Assembly (NCBI GenBank): GCA_041641295.1 | Contig: JBEPYO010000001.1 | Location: 1,184,001 to 1,248,000 of the forward strand | Source of the DNA: Nitrososphaerota archaeon | GTDB lineage: Archaea; Thermoproteota; Nitrososphaeria_A; Caldarchaeales; Calditenuaceae | DNA: 64,000 bases | Direction of reading: 5' to 3' | Shown here: piece after piece, positions 48,262 to 58,464 of the stretch | Numbering within the stretch: the first letter of the stretch is position 1 | Layout of the letters: each line of letters begins with the position of its first letter | The notes under the pieces: model-generated | Told to the model about the DNA's origin: nothing | The model's database searches: none | What the model saw: the letters and a program-made list of their open reading frames with translations, nothing else | Program-made: the position numbers and the translations under genes

Positions 48262-49259
48262 GTTACGGATATGTCTCCACGCATTATCTCGGTGGCCCTG
48301 TGACAGGCTACAAAGTGCCCCGGCATATACTCGATTAGCGCAGGTTTCTCAGTTCTGCACCTCTCAATAGCCACTGGGCATCGTGTGTGGAATTTGCAGC
48401 CGCTGGGCGGGTTCAAGGGGCTGGGCGGCTCGCCCTTAATTACCGGCCTCTTTCTCCGCCTGTTGGCCGGGTCAGGCTCAGGTACACTGTTCAGGAGCAG
48501 GATGGTGTAGGGGTGGATGGGCGTCTTCAGGACGCTCGTAGTCAAGCCTGTCTCAGCTATCTCACCGAGATACATGACGGCAATCCTCTCGGAGACATAC
48601 CTAGCTGTAGCGATGTCGTGTGTGATGTAAAGTACGCCCATCTCCCTTTTGTCCCTTATACTCTTCAAGAGTAGGAGAATCTCAGCCCTGCTGGATGCGT
48701 CAATCATCGAGACCGGCTCGTCTGCGACGATATACTCTGGGCCGAGGACAAGGGCCCTAGCTATGTTGACTCGCTGCCTCTGCCCGCCGCTAAGCTCGTG
48801 TGGATACCTGTTAACAAATTCCTCAGGCGGGACCAGCTTAACATCCTCCAGAGCCCTATAGACCGCCTCCCTAATCTCCTCCCTACGATACCCATGTATC
48901 TCCAGCGGCTCCGAGACTATATCGCCGATCCTCATAAACGGATTGAGGCTGGAGTATGGGTCCTGAAAGATTATCTGCATCTTCTTCCTAAAACTCTTCT
49001 CCCGAAGCTCCTCCTCCGTCATTCTCGAGATGTCTTGGCCCTTGAAGAACACCCTACCATCCGTCACGTCCAAAAGCCGGAGAGAGACCCTCCCGAGCGT
49101 AGATTTTCCACACCCCGACTCCCCCACAACCGCCACTGTCTCCTTCTTCCTAATTGAGAGTGTCACACCATCCAAGGCCTTTAGAATCTTTGAGCCAATA
49201 AGGCCCGACCTAACCTCGTAGTATTTTTTGACACCCTCGAGACGTATTACCTCCTCCAC
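48258..49259 (-). CDS. dppF: Oligopeptide/dipeptide ABC ATPase (DppF/OppF), orphan
   Basis: GESGCGKS, LSGGQRQR, DEP, HPYT and C-terminal CxFHxRCP...C...VACH. Confidence 0.93.
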   Translation of the reverse strand: MEEVIRLEGVKKYYEVRSGLIGSKILKALDGVTLSIRKKETVAVVGESGCGKSTLGRVSLRLLDVTDGRVFFKGQDISRMTEEELREKSFRKKMQIIFQDPYSSLNPFMRIGDIVSEPLEIHGYRREEIREAVYRALEDVKLVPPEEFVNRYPHELSGGQRQRVNIARALVLGPEYIVADEPVSMIDASSRAEILLLLKSIRDKREMGVLYITHDIATARYVSERIAVMYLGEIAETGLTTSVLKTPIHPYTILLLNSVPEPDPANRRRKRPVIKGEPPSPLNPPSGCKFHTRCPVAIERCRTEKPALIEYMPGHFVACHRATEIMRGDISVT

Positions 49260-49262
49260 TCC

Positions 49263-50225
49263 TCACTCACCGTGAAGCCAACACCTAGCCACGTGCCCCT
49301 CACCTACCTTAAAGAGCGGCGGCTCCTCCCTCCTACACCTGTCGAATACATAGGGACAGCGGGGATGGAACCTGCATCCGGGAGGCGGGGAAGTAAGGTC
49401 GGGTGGGCGGCCCGGAATGAACTCTGGTATTGTCTCGCCCCTGAGCCTCGGTATGCTCGCCAGCAGCTTCTCCGTGTAAGGGTGCTTGGGCGCCTCACCC
49501 AGCACTCTTTCAGCCGATCCCAGCTCAACAATCTGACCACCATACATAACCATGATCCTATCCGCAATGTCGCTAGCCAATGCAAGGTCGTGAGTGATGA
49601 ATATCACGCTTAGGCTGAATCTCTCGATAAGGTCTTTGACCAGATTTAATATCTGAGCTTGAATAGTCACGTCAAGTGCCGAAGTTGGCTCGTCAAGTAT
49701 AAGGATCCTAGGGTTCATGACAAGCGACATAGCGATGACAATTCTCTGCCTCATCCCACCACTCAGCTCATGTGGATACCTGTAGTAGAACTCGCGCGGA
49801 AGCCCCACAAGCTCAATCATCTCCATAGCCCTTCTCCGAGCCTCTTCCCTCGAGACTCCACCATTATATATCAGGGGCTCAGCAATCTGGTCACCTACTT
49901 TGAGGACAGGGTTCAGAGAGTTCATCGCCCCCTGGAAAACCATCGATATAACCCTCCAGCTATACCTCCTCCTGAAATCGGATAGGCTCAGGGACAGGGT
50001 CTCCTCACCGTTAATGTAGACTCGGCCTGAGACCACTGAGGCGTTTGCTGGAAGGGCCCTTATCAGCGTCAAGCCCAAGGTAGATTTACCGCTGCCCGAC
50101 TCACCCACAATAGCGAGACTCTCACCCCGCGCCAAGCTAAAAGACACGCCGTCCACAGCCCGTACAGCCCCCTTCTCCGTACGATAATAGACCTTCAGCT
50201 CCTCAACCACAAGTGCCTCACTCAT
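49263..50225 (-). CDS. dppD: Oligopeptide/dipeptide ABC ATPase (DppD/OppD), orphan
   Basis: [34 protein letters not shown] and CRFHPRCP. Confidence 0.93.
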   Translation of the reverse strand: MSEALVVEELKVYYRTEKGAVRAVDGVSFSLARGESLAIVGESGSGKSTLGLTLIRALPANASVVSGRVYINGEETLSLSLSDFRRRYSWRVISMVFQGAMNSLNPVLKVGDQIAEPLIYNGGVSREEARRRAMEMIELVGLPREFYYRYPHELSGGMRQRIVIAMSLVMNPRILILDEPTSALDVTIQAQILNLVKDLIERFSLSVIFITHDLALASDIADRIMVMYGGQIVELGSAERVLGEAPKHPYTEKLLASIPRLRGETIPEFIPGRPPDLTSPPPGCRFHPRCPYVFDRCRREEPPLFKVGEGHVARCWLHGE

Positions 50226-50315
50226 CTATGCCCTGATCCTCCCCCTCACTCTCGGGTTAGTCACTGGCTCAAGCCCCGGCGAAATCATCACAAATGTAAG
50301 CAAAGCAATTATTAA
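50226..50315 (-). pseudogene. 3' remnant of a DppC-type permease
   Basis: Translates LIIALLTFVMISPGLEPVTNPRVRGRIRA*, and its TAG abuts the dppD ATG. This is the typical DppC C-terminus (last TM then NPR). An in-frame TGA at 50316-50318 closes it upstream. Confidence 0.7.
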
Positions 50316-50339
50316 TCAATATCCTAGGCCGCAGTATTG

Positions 50340-50360
50340 TTGAAGACGGATAGTCTTCAA
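50340..50360. repeat. Perfect 8-bp inverted repeat TTGAAGAC-N5-GTCTTCAA
   Basis: Read directly, near the left junction of the AT-richer ABC operon. Confidence 0.6.
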
Positions 50361-50608
50361 ATAGTGTCAAGCGATTCGATTGGGCTCCAACTTTTTTATA
50401 AGAAATTTTTACGAAATGTCAACTCTCTTCTATAATTTTTGAGGGTTAGTATCGGATAACGCCTTAAATAGCCTTAGCCCCGAGCTATGCATCGTAGGGA
50501 TGGAAAGAGTTCATCCAATGTGTTCTCATCCGGAATCCAGACATTTTCAAGAGGTGTGAGAAAAACATTATAAAGGTGTGTTCGGGTGTATATGTCTCGA
50601 GAAGGGAA

Positions 50609-53290
50609 ATGAGGTCGCGGAATAGTTTTGCCGTAATCCTTATTACAGCCGCCTTGTTGATACCAGCCCTAATCTTAAGCGCATCCGCGCAGGCCGAGCT
50701 AAAGGGCCCGTGGGTCGATGAAGTGGTCTTCTTCATCGAGCAGGACCAAGCCAAAGCCATCGATATGCTGTTGAAGAACGAGATACAGGCTTACTTTAGG
50801 GATCTGAGAGACCCTGAACTTTTCAAACGCGTGCGTGAATCGCCAGAGCTTACATACGCTATGTCCTATGGCCTCTACTATGAGCTGACTTTCAACCCTG
50901 TCGGGCCAGAATTCCCAGCCACAGGTAAGCTAAACCCATTCTCAGTTCCGCGGATAAGAGAGGCCATGAACTATCTGGTTGACAGAAACTACATTGCGAA
51001 TGAGATAATGGGCGGTTTAGCTGTCCCGAGATATACAGCACTATCTCCTTCATTCCCCGATTATGCACGCTACGCCGATATCTTAAGAAGAATTGAGAGA
51101 GAATATTCCTACGACTTTGACAAGGCAAGATCTATTATAGGTGAAGAAATGCTCAAGTTAGGTGCTGAATTACGAGAAGGGAAGTGGTATTACAAAGGTG
51201 AACCCGTAACCCTGATCTTCTTGATTAGGGTTGAGGACCAGCGAAGGCAGATAGGAGACTATATTGCGTCACAGCTTGAGAAGCTTGGATTCACTGTAGA
51301 TAGACAGTATAAGACAAGTAGGGAGGCCTCGCCAATCTGGTTGAGGGGAAATCCAGCCGATGGGCAATGGCATATATACACCGGCGGGTGGAGAACAACA
51401 TCTGTCTCTAGAGATGAAGGAGATAACTTCGGCTTCTTCTATACGCCGCGGGGACAACCGGTTCCCCTATGGCAAGCATACAAGCCCGACCCTGAATTCG
51501 ATCAAGCCGCAGCTAAGTTATGGAACAGAGAGTTCAAGAGCATTGAAGAGAGAAACATGTTAATGGAAAAGGCTATTGTATTGTCAATGAAGGACTCTGT
51601 GAGAGTTTGGTTGGTGCACCAGACAGCTCCTTGGGCAGCTAGAAAAGATATCGCACTGACATATGATCTTGCAGCAGGCTACTCTGGGGCCAGACTGTGG
51701 CCTTATACAATTAAGTATGTCGACCGTACTGGTGGAAGCGTAAAAATAGCTTCCTCCGACCTTCTCGTTGAACCTATAAACCCTGTCGCAGGAAGCAACT
51801 GGGTGTACGACGCAATGTTCTACAGGGCGACCAGCGACCCAGCTGTTATGCCAGACCCCTATACAGGATTATACCTACCTAACAGAATAACTAAAGCAGA
51901 GGTTTATGCGATTGAAGGCACACCTATGACCTCAACCCTCGATTACGTTACGTTAAGATTTGTTCCAGAGATTAAGGTGCCAGAAGATGCTTGGTACGGT
52001 TGGGATGCTGAAAAGCAAGAAATAATCACCGCACCGCCTGGAACTACCGCGAAAACTAGGACAGTGGTATATTTCGAGCCAGGTTTGTTCGAAACGAAGT
52101 TCCACGATGGAAGTACACTCTCATTAGCCGACATCATTTTCAGCTACATTCTAACATTTGATAGGGCTGATGAGAATAGCCCTGTCTTCGACGAGTCATA
52201 CGTACCAGTCTTCGAAGAGTTCAGGGCGACATTCAAGGGGTTCAAAATAATCAGTGTCGATCCATTAGTTATAGAGTACTACTCCGATGCAACCTATCTT
52301 GATGCTGAGTGGCAAGTAAATGCGGCAGCTTCGGCCTTCTTCCCAGACTACGCGTACGGCCCCGGTCCATGGCACACAATTGCTGTAGCATGGCTTGCAG
52401 AAGCCAACGGTGAGCTTGCATTCTCAGCAGATAAAGCTGAATCACAGAAGGTTGAATGGACCAGCTTTGTAGCAGGCCCATCAATCGACATACTCAAGAA
52501 ATATTTAGACATGGCAATCGAGCAAAACTTCATACCATACGACAAGGTACTTAGCCAGTACTTATCACCCCAAGAAGTGGCACAAAGATACAACAACCTA
52601 AAAAGATGGGTAGAGAGTAAGGGGCACTTCCTTGTCGGCAATGGGCCGTTCTACCTAGACAAGGTGGACCCAACCGCGAAGATAGTTGTCCTGAAGGCTT
52701 TCCGGGAATTTCCAGACCCACCGACGAAATGGGCTATCTTCACTGAACCTTTAATACCCGAGGTCAAGGTTCTAACTACACCCACAATCGAGACAGGCTT
52801 CCCAGCTGAGGTCACTTTCTCGATCACTTTCAAAGGACAGCCATACCGTGACGAAGATATAGCATTTGTAAAATACGTCCTCACAAGCTCTGTAGGGACC
52901 TCGATTGGATTCGCTGAGCCAATAGGAGGAGGAAATTGGAGGGTTGTGCTCAAGCCTGAGGAGACTTATAAACTACCAACAGGTGCAGTTCAGCTCGAGT
53001 TAATCACAGTGTCAAAGCGTGTAGGAATACCAGTTAGCACATCTACAACTCTTAACGTCCTAAGCTTTAAAGAGGGCATATTAAGCGAGCTGGCGAAGGC
53101 GCGGGCCGATCTCGAGGCTCGGATAGCTAGGCTAGACTCCCAAATGAATACACTCAGCAGCAGTGTCAACAAGGTGACTTCAGGTGTCGAAAGTTTACAA
53201 GGAACGCTTAACATTGCGATAGGCCTAGCGGTGGCTGCCATAGCCATATCGTTGGTAGGTATATCAATAGGTCTAATGAGGAGAAAGTAG
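50609..53290 (+). CDS. ABC family-5 substrate-binding protein with C-terminal coiled coil and TM anchor
   Basis: Signal peptide, NPFS..RIREAMNYLVDR, FHDG...ADI, GNGPFYL and TM plus RRK at the end. Start ATG 50609 follows TTATAAA. Confidence 0.9.
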   Translation: MRSRNSFAVILITAALLIPALILSASAQAELKGPWVDEVVFFIEQDQAKAIDMLLKNEIQAYFRDLRDPELFKRVRESPELTYAMSYGLYYELTFNPVGPEFPATGKLNPFSVPRIREAMNYLVDRNYIANEIMGGLAVPRYTALSPSFPDYARYADILRRIEREYSYDFDKARSIIGEEMLKLGAELREGKWYYKGEPVTLIFLIRVEDQRRQIGDYIASQLEKLGFTVDRQYKTSREASPIWLRGNPADGQWHIYTGGWRTTSVSRDEGDNFGFFYTPRGQPVPLWQAYKPDPEFDQAAAKLWNREFKSIEERNMLMEKAIVLSMKDSVRVWLVHQTAPWAARKDIALTYDLAAGYSGARLWPYTIKYVDRTGGSVKIASSDLLVEPINPVAGSNWVYDAMFYRATSDPAVMPDPYTGLYLPNRITKAEVYAIEGTPMTSTLDYVTLRFVPEIKVPEDAWYGWDAEKQEIITAPPGTTAKTRTVVYFEPGLFETKFHDGSTLSLADIIFSYILTFDRADENSPVFDESYVPVFEEFRATFKGFKIISVDPLVIEYYSDATYLDAEWQVNAAASAFFPDYAYGPGPWHTIAVAWLAEANGELAFSADKAESQKVEWTSFVAGPSIDILKKYLDMAIEQNFIPYDKVLSQYLSPQEVAQRYNNLKRWVESKGHFLVGNGPFYLDKVDPTAKIVVLKAFREFPDPPTKWAIFTEPLIPEVKVLTTPTIETGFPAEVTFSITFKGQPYRDEDIAFVKYVLTSSVGTSIGFAEPIGGGNWRVVLKPEETYKLPTGAVQLELITVSKRVGIPVSTSTTLNVLSFKEGILSELAKARADLEARIARLDSQMNTLSSSVNKVTSGVESLQGTLNIAIGLAVAAIAISLVGISIGLMRRK

Positions 53291-53298
53291 TCAAAAAC

Positions 53299-53316
53299 AT
53301 CTTTATATATTTTTTA
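53299..53316 (+). terminator. T-rich putative archaeal terminator/attenuator after the SBP gene
   Basis: CTTTATATATTTTTT immediately after the stop codon. Confidence 0.4.
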
Positions 53317-53333
53317 ACCCCCAATATGGTTGG

Positions 53334-54404
53334 ATGAAAATCCCGCCTGTGACACTGCTTTTGCTGAAGCGTGCAGTTACCATAATGATAACAGTAGTGC
53401 TGGCTGTCTACATCACCATATACGTGGCTAACATGGGCGGCTATGTTGACGAGATTGTTAAGGGTGAAGCACTGCTCAGGGTCTCACAGGCAGTGAGGGC
53501 AAACCCGGCTTATAGGAGTTTAAATGAGACGCAGATCAGGAATCTTATAGATCGATTATACCAAAACGAGCTAGAAAGGCTTGGATTTGATCAACCCTTT
53601 ATTGTCAGGAGCATTAACTATTTACGTGATGCCTTAACGCTTGACCTTGGTAGGTCTCTGTTCATAAGCAGCGATAGTGGCTCGAGAAGTGTGAGAATAA
53701 TTATTGCGGAAAGACTTCCAAACACCGTTCTACTTTTCACAACTGTACAACTGTTACTTTTCTTCCTAGGACTTTTTACTGGGCTCCTCCTGAGCCGTAA
53801 ATACGGCAGTAAGCTAGACAGATTGGTTGCACTATTAACGCCAATGTCTTCCCTGCCAGGCTGGTTTTATGGGCTATTCCTCATACTGATATTCGCATCT
53901 ATACTCCGCATACTACCTTACGGAGGAATGGTTGACATACCTCCACCAACTGATAGGCTTCAATACGCATTAAGTGTTGCGCGGCACATGATACTTCCAA
54001 TTATGTCGTGGCTAACGGCGTATTTCTTTATAAGTGCATACACGCGTAGAACCTTCTTTCTGATATTTTCAAGTGAAGACTACGTCGAAGTGGCTAGGGC
54101 TAGAGGAATACCTGAATCAGTCGTGAGAAGAAGATACATACTTAGGCCAACACTACCCCCAATCATAACAGATCTGTCTCTAACACTTATTGCGTCGTGG
54201 ACAGGTGCAATTATAACCGAGACAGTGTTCAACTGGCCAGGTGTGGGAAGCCTTTTCTATGTCGCCTCGGTCTTCTTCGACACACCCGTACTGGTAGGTC
54301 TCGTAGTTATATACGCCTATCTGCTTGCTACAACGGTGTTTGTCTTGGAATTTGTCTATGCCATCTTAGATCCGAGAGTTAGGGCAGGTGTGTTGGCTAG
54401 ATGA
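53334..54404 (+). CDS. dppB: ABC permease DppB/OppB type
   Basis: DLGRS, ERLPNT, EDYVEVARARG, ETVFNWPG and LDPRVR. Confidence 0.93.
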   Translation: MKIPPVTLLLLKRAVTIMITVVLAVYITIYVANMGGYVDEIVKGEALLRVSQAVRANPAYRSLNETQIRNLIDRLYQNELERLGFDQPFIVRSINYLRDALTLDLGRSLFISSDSGSRSVRIIIAERLPNTVLLFTTVQLLLFFLGLFTGLLLSRKYGSKLDRLVALLTPMSSLPGWFYGLFLILIFASILRILPYGGMVDIPPPTDRLQYALSVARHMILPIMSWLTAYFFISAYTRRTFFLIFSSEDYVEVARARGIPESVVRRRYILRPTLPPIITDLSLTLIASWTGAIITETVFNWPGVGSLFYVASVFFDTPVLVGLVVIYAYLLATTVFVLEFVYAILDPRVRAGVLAR

Positions 54405-55792
54405 TGAGTCTCAGGCCCATATTACGCTATAGATCATTGTTGATAGGGGCAGCGATATTGTGTGTGTTTATAATCGTATCAATATTCACCATCATTACAA
54501 TCCCTTACGAGGAGGCAGCTAGATTGTGGAGGGCCGGCGAGCAAACTTGGCTTGAAAATCCCCGAAACGCCGTGCCAAGCTGGGTCAATTTGTTCAGCCC
54601 CATTAAGCTTCCCGAAACAATAGTGCTAGACACCGAGTCGAATAGCTTGAATGTTATCAAGATATCTGCGCCAGCCGGCGAGAATATAAAGATAATACGT
54701 GTAGAGATGAGGTTTGATTATGAATATGACACTCCCCCGAGCGAAATAAACCTCTTTTTCAAATCTACATACAATTCTTCACCGCCACAGCTGACAATAT
54801 CTTGGATAAGACCGGATGGTGTACAATTTGATTTAAAGAAAATGACAATATCTAGAGATGATAAGTTCTATATTTCGGCCGATACCGAACTTAATGCAGC
54901 GCTCAACCGCATCATAGAAGATAAACTCGGTGCAAAACCACCATACAGTATTTCAACCACCTCTGTATTATTCGGAGTAATAAACGAATCTATTCTAACC
55001 TCAGAATCGGTTGAAACATTAAAAGGTGGGTATAGATTACTAATCGAAGGGCTTTTATTCGAGCCTACTGCTGACTTTGATGCAAAACTGGTCGTTTATG
55101 GGAAAGTTTACGGGTGGGCAGGAACGGATCATTTGCGGCGTGATATAGGTATAGCACTTCTGTGGGGAACTCCGATCGCATTGTTATTCGGAGTTTCCGC
55201 GGCTGTCTCTATTGCGTTGATACAGATGAGTATAGGGGCGGTGAGTGCGTGGTTCAGAGGTGCTGTAGACACATTCATGCAGAGAATTACGGAAATATTC
55301 CTCGTCCTTCCATTCCTACCAGTCCTTATTATGATCTCAACACTTTATGAGATTAACATCTGGACAATCCTGTTAGTAGTTATTTTATTAAGCTCTTTTG
55401 GACCCGGTGTTAAAAACTACCGCGCGCTGTTTATGCAGCTTAGGGAATCACCTTATGTAGAGGCTGCACGCGCCTACGGCGCTGGAGACTTTCGGATTCT
55501 AATCTTACACTTGATACCACGCGTGCTACCTACAATGATACCCTCTATCGTCTTGTCAGCTGCAGAGTTTGTATTTTTAGAAGCCGCGCTAGCGATACTT
55601 GGGATAGGCGATCCAATTGCCCCCACATGGGGGAAAGTCATACAAGACGCTTTCTACAACGGTGCATTGTTCAAGGGACAATACTACTGGGTGCTAATAC
55701 CATCCGCTCTCCTGGCATCGACTTCAATAAGTTTTGCTTTAATTGGCTTCACGCTGGACAAAATATTTAACCCCAAGTTGAAAGAGATATGA
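54401..55792 (+). CDS. dppC: ABC permease DppC/OppC type with large extracellular insert
   Basis: GTDHLRRD, YVEAARAYGA, PTWG and IFNPKL. Confidence 0.92.
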   Translation: MMSLRPILRYRSLLIGAAILCVFIIVSIFTIITIPYEEAARLWRAGEQTWLENPRNAVPSWVNLFSPIKLPETIVLDTESNSLNVIKISAPAGENIKIIRVEMRFDYEYDTPPSEINLFFKSTYNSSPPQLTISWIRPDGVQFDLKKMTISRDDKFYISADTELNAALNRIIEDKLGAKPPYSISTTSVLFGVINESILTSESVETLKGGYRLLIEGLLFEPTADFDAKLVVYGKVYGWAGTDHLRRDIGIALLWGTPIALLFGVSAAVSIALIQMSIGAVSAWFRGAVDTFMQRITEIFLVLPFLPVLIMISTLYEINIWTILLVVILLSSFGPGVKNYRALFMQLRESPYVEAARAYGAGDFRILILHLIPRVLPTMIPSIVLSAAEFVFLEAALAILGIGDPIAPTWGKVIQDAFYNGALFKGQYYWVLIPSALLASTSISFALIGFTLDKIFNPKLKEI

Positions 55793-56040
55793 AAGCTTAT
55801 CACCTACTTCCTCAACTCTCTATAAAAGTGTTGAAGAAGGAGAGAGCCGCCTACGAGATCTTTGTTGGAGCTATATTACTCATAAGTGGCTTCGTAGCGT
55901 CATTCCTGATGGTGGTAGGTATATTAGAGAGAGATATAGCTCTAAGCCTGCTTGCTTATTCAATGTCCTTGGCAGGGTTGGTGGTTGGGCTACATGGGGT
56001 CTTGGGTTGGGTTGGACGTAAGGAGGGTCCAGAGGGGTGA
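55789..56040 (+). CDS. Small two-TM membrane protein within the ABC operon
   Basis: Two hydrophobic helices; the true start is probably 55828 or 55831. Confidence 0.65.
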   Translation: MKAYHLLPQLSIKVLKKERAAYEIFVGAILLISGFVASFLMVVGILERDIALSLLAYSMSLAGLVVGLHGVLGWVGRKEGPEG

Positions 56041-56052
56041 AAGAAAGGGAAC

Positions 56053-57030
56053 ATGGAAGACAATGTAATTTTAGATGTGAAAGATCTGGTACTATACTAT
56101 TCTACCCTTAGGGGGACGGTCAAAGCCGTCGATGGTATAAGTTTTGAACTAAAACAGGGCGAAACTCTCGCTATAGTGGGTGAGAGCGGTTCGGGGAAAT
56201 CATCTACAGCTCAGGCTATAGTTAGAATCCTTCCAAGAAATGTGGCAAAGTATACTGGTTCAATTATTTTTAATGGCGCGGATATTATGAAACTTGACGA
56301 TGAAGAATTTAGGAAAAAGGTGCGGGTAGGGGGTATCTCCATGGTTTTTCAGGGGGCAATGAATTCCCTCAACCCGGTTATGCGGGTTGAAGACCAAGTC
56401 GCAGAACCATTGCTGATAAACATGAGTTATAGTAAGAAAGAGGCGTTGACTGAGAGCATTAAGGCTTTAAAACTTGTAGGTCTCAGTGAAATGGTCGGAA
56501 AAAGGTATCCGCACGAGCTTAGCGGCGGAATGAAGCAGCGAGTTTTAATAGCGATGTCATTAGTTACAAAACCGAAGGTAATAATCTTGGACGAACCCAC
56601 CTCTGCGCTAGATGTAATCTCCCAAGCAAACATAATGAATCTTCTTAAAAAACTGAAAGCCGAGATGAAATTTTCATATATCTTCATAACCCACGACTTA
56701 GGACTTGCATCCGAGATAGCCGACAGGGTAGCCGTCATGTATGCCGGAAAAATCATAGAGTTAGGGTCTTCCGAGTCTGTTTACCTCACACCTAAGCATC
56801 CTTACACACAACTACTTCTTAATAGCGTTCCAACCCTAAGGGAGAATAGGCCTCCTACATCCATACCCGGAGAGCCTCCGGACCTTGTAAATCCTCCGAA
56901 AGGGTGCAGCTTCCATCCTAGGTGTCCTTTCGCCATTAAAGGAAAATGCGATGTAGAGGAACCTGATATTATAGAAATTAGAGACGGCCATCAAGTCAAA
57001 TGCTGGCTTTTTGAGGGTGAGAAAGGATGA
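56053..57030 (+). CDS. dppD: ABC ATPase DppD/OppD type
   Basis: [24 protein letters not shown] and CSFHPRCP. Confidence 0.94.
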   Translation: MEDNVILDVKDLVLYYSTLRGTVKAVDGISFELKQGETLAIVGESGSGKSSTAQAIVRILPRNVAKYTGSIIFNGADIMKLDDEEFRKKVRVGGISMVFQGAMNSLNPVMRVEDQVAEPLLINMSYSKKEALTESIKALKLVGLSEMVGKRYPHELSGGMKQRVLIAMSLVTKPKVIILDEPTSALDVISQANIMNLLKKLKAEMKFSYIFITHDLGLASEIADRVAVMYAGKIIELGSSESVYLTPKHPYTQLLLNSVPTLRENRPPTSIPGEPPDLVNPPKGCSFHPRCPFAIKGKCDVEEPDIIEIRDGHQVKCWLFEGEKG

Positions 57031-58043
57031 GTAGTGGAGATAATATCGTTGTGTTGGAGAATGTTAAGGTGTATTTTCCAATAAGAAAAATCTTTTCTGT
57101 CGTGGGTTATGTCAGGGCTGTTGATGGTGTAAGTTTGACGATTAAAAAGGGGGAAGTACTTGCGTTGGTTGGTGAAAGCGGTTCAGGCAAAACTACACTT
57201 GGAAAGGCAATTATAGGCTTGGTCAGGCCTACTGATGGGAAAATCTTTTTTGATGGCGTCAACATTTGCGAATTATCTGAGAAAGAATTAAAGCAATTAA
57301 GACGTAGGGTAGGAGTTATCTTCCAAGATCCATTCTCCAGCCTCAATCCAGGGTTTACCATATTCAGGTCTGTTGAAGAACCGCTGGTAGTTAATAAGAT
57401 CGGTAATAAACAGGAGAGAAGAGAGAGGGTATTAAAGGCATTAAGTGATGTCAAGCTCAATCCCCCTGATTTTTTCGCCTCTAAATATCCACACATGCTT
57501 AGTGGTGGTCAGCGTCAGAGGGCGGCAATTGCGCGAGCGATAATCTCTAACCCAGACTTCATCGTGGCTGATGAACCTGTCACGATGCTCGACGCATCGA
57601 TAAGAGTTGAAATACTCCGTCTTTTGAGGGAAATTCAGCACAAATATGGGCTAACCATACTCTATATAACACATGACATGGCCACAGCCAAATATTTCGC
57701 AGACAGGATAGCCATCATGTATGCTGGTAAAATTGTTGAATTAGGTCCCAGTAGAAGCGTTTTAGAGAATCCGCATCATCCGTACACACAGTCACTTATT
57801 GAGGCTATACCTGATCCAGATCCTGCTAATCGTTTTAGGCTTAGAGAAGTGATTCTTGGTGAACCGCCGAGTCTGATAAATCCGCCACAGGGATGTAGAT
57901 TCTACCCGCGATGTCGATTCTTCATGAAGGGGAAGTGTGACGTTCTCGAGCCGCCACTTTATAGATCTGCTAATGAGAGGTTGGTTGCCTGCTACCTCTA
58001 TGAGACAGGGATGTCCGAAACAAACCGACCTAAGCATGAGTAA
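57027..58043 (+). CDS. dppF: ABC ATPase DppF/OppF type
   Basis: GESGSGKT, LSGGQRQR and CRFYPRC. Confidence 0.94.
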   Translation: MSSGDNIVVLENVKVYFPIRKIFSVVGYVRAVDGVSLTIKKGEVLALVGESGSGKTTLGKAIIGLVRPTDGKIFFDGVNICELSEKELKQLRRRVGVIFQDPFSSLNPGFTIFRSVEEPLVVNKIGNKQERRERVLKALSDVKLNPPDFFASKYPHMLSGGQRQRAAIARAIISNPDFIVADEPVTMLDASIRVEILRLLREIQHKYGLTILYITHDMATAKYFADRIAIMYAGKIVELGPSRSVLENPHHPYTQSLIEAIPDPDPANRFRLREVILGEPPSLINPPQGCRFYPRCRFFMKGKCDVLEPPLYRSANERLVACYLYETGMSETNRPKHE

Positions 58044-58105
58044 ATAGCCTCAATCTTTGATTAGATAGTACGTATTGTATGTCTTCTCATTAGGTCTGGT
58101 TATAT

Positions 58106-58277
58106 GAATTAGGTTCTGGACTTGTCGCCGAGTATTGGTGTGTCGCATTGACGAGGAATGTCCAAGCAGCGGCTCAGAGTTAGCTGACGGTAGCCCAAAT
58201 AGTCGTGGCTCTTGCAGTGGTGGCCGTCATTCTGTCGGTGATCTCGGTAGCTAGGTGGCCTAAGGCCTCCGGCATAG
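58106..58277 (+). pseudogene. Degenerate 3' remnant of a substrate-binding protein (C-terminal TM anchor)
   Basis: The frame reads ...LTRNVQAAAQS*LTVAQIVVALAVVAVILSVISVARWPKASG with an in-frame TAG at 58181. It has the same layout as the C-terminus of the intact SBP and is followed by a T-tract at about 58294-58302. Confidence 0.55.
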
Positions 58278-58464
58278 AACCCAGCCTCAACCCTTCTTTT
58301 TTAAGCACATTTTTAGCCCCACTTCCTGCAAACCGAATATCATTTTGATAAAAAAATTGCATATATTCAGACATTTTTTACAAATTGAGCCGGTTTTTGG
58401 AGAACATCTGACGGTACATTTATATTAACCTGCGGCGTCTCGGTTTACTTAAAGTGAGCTAGTC

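Noticed and set aside
58181-58183. In-frame TAG as pyrrolysine readthrough
   Set aside because: The surrounding frame is degenerate with no start or full gene, and no pyl genes are in the window; pseudogene decay is simpler.
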